DNA of 64,000 bases. It comes from Minisyncoccota bacterium. Lineage in GTDB: Bacteria > Patescibacteriota > Minisyncoccia > Phycocordibacterales > UBA9973. How positions within the stretch are numbered: the stretch's first letter is position 1; every line of letters begins with the position of its first letter. The stretch covers positions 13,681-77,680 of the forward strand of contig JAVHNX010000036.1 in NCBI GenBank assembly GCA_036169735.1, given 5' to 3'. The translations under genes were made by a program, and so were the position numbers. The notes under the pieces were generated by a model. The model was given only the letters and a program-made list of their open reading frames with translations, was not told where the DNA came from and ran no database searches. Of this stretch, positions 61,779 to 64,000 are shown piece after piece.

Positions 61779-62792
61779 ATGGGAATGTTTTCAAGAAAAA
61801 TAGGAATCGACCTCGGAACCGCTAATACATTGGTCTTTTTACCAGGTAAAGGCATTGTTTTAAATGAGCCTTCTGTTGTGGCTGTTTCTGAACAAGACAA
61901 TAAAATTCTAGCTATTGGTTTCGATGCCAAGGATATGATTGGAAAGACTCCAGATTCTATCATTGCTTATCGTCCGATGAAAGATGGAGTGATAGCAGAC
62001 TACCGTGTGACTGAAGCGATGCTTCGCTATTTCATAAATAAATCTATGGGTAGATTCAATTTATTCAAACCAGATGTGATGGTCTCAGTGCCAGCTGGTG
62101 TGACTTCCACAGAACGCAGAGCTGTCGTAGAGGCGACAATTCGTGCTGGTGCTAGAAATGCGTACGTTGTGAAAGAACCAATTCTTGCAGCGATTGGTGC
62201 AGGAATTCCTATTTATGAAGCAAGAGGTCACATGGTTGTTGATATTGGTGGAGGTACGACAGATGTTGCGGTTATTTCTCTTGGCGGAATCGTGGCTTCA
62301 ACTTCTGTAAAATGTGCTGGAAACAAAATCGATCAAGCGATAGCTGACTACATTAAAAAAACTTTCAACTTAGCGATTGGTGATAAGACAGCAGAAGAAG
62401 TAAAAATTAAAATAGGTGCAGCTGTTGCTCTCGAAGAAGAACTTCGTGTCACTATCAAAGGAAGAGATTTCATTCAAGGCTTACCACGTTCTGCTCAAGT
62501 CGGAACCAATGAAATCGTCAAAGCGATAGATGGGGAATTAAAACAAATAATTAAAGCTATCAAAGATGTTTTGCAAGAAACTCCTCCAGAACTTGCTTCT
62601 GATATTATAGACCACGGTATTGTTATGACAGGTGGCTCATCTCAACTTCGATGTTTAGCTGATTTGGTTTACCGAAGGACAGGTGTAAAAGCAGTCTTGG
62701 CTGAAGACGCACTATTTTGTGTTGTAAAAGGTACAGGTATTGCTCTTGAGCATTTAGATGTCTACAAGAGAACTATTCTAAGTAAAAAATAA
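61779..62792 (+). CDS. mreB: Rod shape-determining protein MreB
   Basis: IGIDLGTANT, NEPSVVA, RPMKDGVIAD, VDIGGGTT, ETPPELASDI. Confidence 0.96.
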   Translation: MGMFSRKIGIDLGTANTLVFLPGKGIVLNEPSVVAVSEQDNKILAIGFDAKDMIGKTPDSIIAYRPMKDGVIADYRVTEAMLRYFINKSMGRFNLFKPDVMVSVPAGVTSTERRAVVEATIRAGARNAYVVKEPILAAIGAGIPIYEARGHMVVDIGGGTTDVAVISLGGIVASTSVKCAGNKIDQAIADYIKKTFNLAIGDKTAEEVKIKIGAAVALEEELRVTIKGRDFIQGLPRSAQVGTNEIVKAIDGELKQIIKAIKDVLQETPPELASDIIDHGIVMTGGSSQLRCLADLVYRRTGVKAVLAEDALFCVVKGTGIALEHLDVYKRTILSKK

Positions 62793-62800
62793 TCGCTACT

Positions 62801-62832
62801 CAAGCCCGGCCTCACAAGTGAGGCCGGGCTTG
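62801..62832. repeat. GC-rich 15-bp hairpin without U tract
   Basis: CAAGCCCGGCCTCAC-AA-GTGAGGCCGGGCTTG between mreB and holB. Confidence 0.65.
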
Positions 62833-62842
62833 TAAAATTAAT

Positions 62843-63568
62843 ATGAAAATTTTAGAACATTTAGACAAAAACAATCTACACCATGCATATCTCATAGAAG
62901 GATCTCGAACTGAGATTTTACCGGAAATTTTTTCCTTCCTAGAAGATATAGATATTAAAACTTCAGCCAATCCTGATTTTTATAATATTGTTATTGATAA
63001 TTTTAAAATCGATGATGCCTTGAATCTCAGAGCTTCTGGTTCTGAAAAAAGTTTTTCTTCGGGCAAGAAGATATTTATCCTTTCTGTAAATCAATTCACC
63101 TTAGACGCACAAGGGGTTCTTTTAAAAATGTTTGAAAACCCGTCTCCTGATACACATTTTTTTTTGATCATGCCTGACACAGCTGCACTGTTAAAAACAG
63201 TTATTTCCAGATTTTATTATATTTCTACGAAACCGGAAATGGTTGATGAAATAAAAGAAGCTGAGAAATTTATCAGTATGAAATTAAGTGACAGAATAGA
63301 ATTTTTAAAAATATTTTCAAAACTGGAAAAAGATGAAGATGATGAATCTGCAGCAGTGACAGACGAAGAATCTCCTCGCATAAAAGCATCTAAATTTTTG
63401 AATGCATTAGAAATAGCTTTACATAATAAAATGTCAAAGACTGCATTTGACACATTTGACACATCTTTTTTCAAACACTTCTTTAAGGTTCGAGAATTTC
63501 TTCGTCAGCCTGGTTCCTCTACAAAATCTCTTATGGAGTCAGTGGCTATCATCGTGCCAAATTTATAA
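62843..63568 (+). CDS. holB: DNA polymerase III delta'-like subunit (reduced)
   Basis: LHHAYLIEG, NPDF, T.DAQ..LLK.FE.P...FFL, LL.TV.SR. Confidence 0.75.
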   Translation: MKILEHLDKNNLHHAYLIEGSRTEILPEIFSFLEDIDIKTSANPDFYNIVIDNFKIDDALNLRASGSEKSFSSGKKIFILSVNQFTLDAQGVLLKMFENPSPDTHFFLIMPDTAALLKTVISRFYYISTKPEMVDEIKEAEKFISMKLSDRIEFLKIFSKLEKDEDDESAAVTDEESPRIKASKFLNALEIALHNKMSKTAFDTFDTSFFKHFFKVREFLRQPGSSTKSLMESVAIIVPNL

Positions 63569-63587
63569 TTTCTGATACAATATATCC

Positions 63588-64000
63588 ATGCAATACAATT
63601 TTACAAATTTTAAAAATGAATTAAAAAAAGCAGGGGAATTTTTAAGTAAAGAATATAGTCAGCTTAGTACTGGCCGTGCTTCACCGATGGTTTTAGATGG
63701 AGTTTCTGTTGAAATATATGGTGATTACCAGCCAATCAAAAATATCGCTTCAGTAAATATTGAAGATCCAAAAACTCTACGTATTGCACCTTGGGACAAG
63801 GGTCAGATTAAAGCAATCGAAAAGGCTATTATGGCTGCGAACCTAGGATTATCCGTAGCTATTGATGACATGGGTATTCGTGTTATTTTTCCTCAATTAA
63901 CTACCGAGACTAGACAGACCTTGGTAAAAGTTTTGAAAGCAAAAATGGAAGATGCAAAAATAGTTGTCCGTAAAGTACGCGAGGAAGTTCTAGACGATGT
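63588..64000 (+). CDS. frr: Ribosome recycling factor (3' partial)
   Basis: MQYNF...STGRASPMVLD...LRIAPWDK...IEKAI..ANLGL...FPQLTTETRQ; runs off the window. Confidence 0.92.
   Translation, partial: MQYNFTNFKNELKKAGEFLSKEYSQLSTGRASPMVLDGVSVEIYGDYQPIKNIASVNIEDPKTLRIAPWDKGQIKAIEKAIMAANLGLSVAIDDMGIRVIFPQLTTETRQTLVKVLKAKMEDAKIVVRKVREEVLDD

Overview
AT-rich bacterial chromosomal window using the standard genetic code. The gene repertoire points to a Patescibacteria/CPR (Parcubacteria-like) genome (inference): a tandem VirB2/TrbC-like pilin array, minimal IF2/AlaRS/RF1/DnaJ/ATP synthase epsilon, a PaaX/Cas2-like regulator, a DUF87/TraD-like ATPase and a degenerate PriA. It carries six tRNAs (Leu x2, Lys, Cys, Tyr, Ile), infB-rbfA, iscS, clpB, an accessory envelope/metal block (DoxX, C39 peptidase, VanW, MgtA, ZnuACB, ECF sigma plus putative anti-sigma plus target gene), typA, mltG, mnmA, alaS, the infA-rpsI ribosomal cluster, grpE/dnaK/dnaJ, rplY, rpmE, prfA, a full F1Fo operon, rsmI, priA, mreB, holB and a partial frr. 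The most striking signal is a dense layer of small structured elements. (1) Three 98-120 bp elements bounded by CCCGTTAGA...TCTAACGGG inverted repeats sit exactly at the starts of atpF, atpC and mreB, with apparent duplication of the start-codon hexamer. (2) Several families of REP-like palindromes lie in frame inside housekeeping genes (four in iscS; also mnmA, atpH, priA, holB and the PaaX-like gene). (3) A conserved ~55-nt core with compensatory base changes is enclosed by locus-specific long stems. (4) Orphan genes come packaged as promoter + boxA-like motif + long hairpin + ORF + terminator modules. No transposase or CRISPR array is visible. All calls are by eye; no database searches were run.
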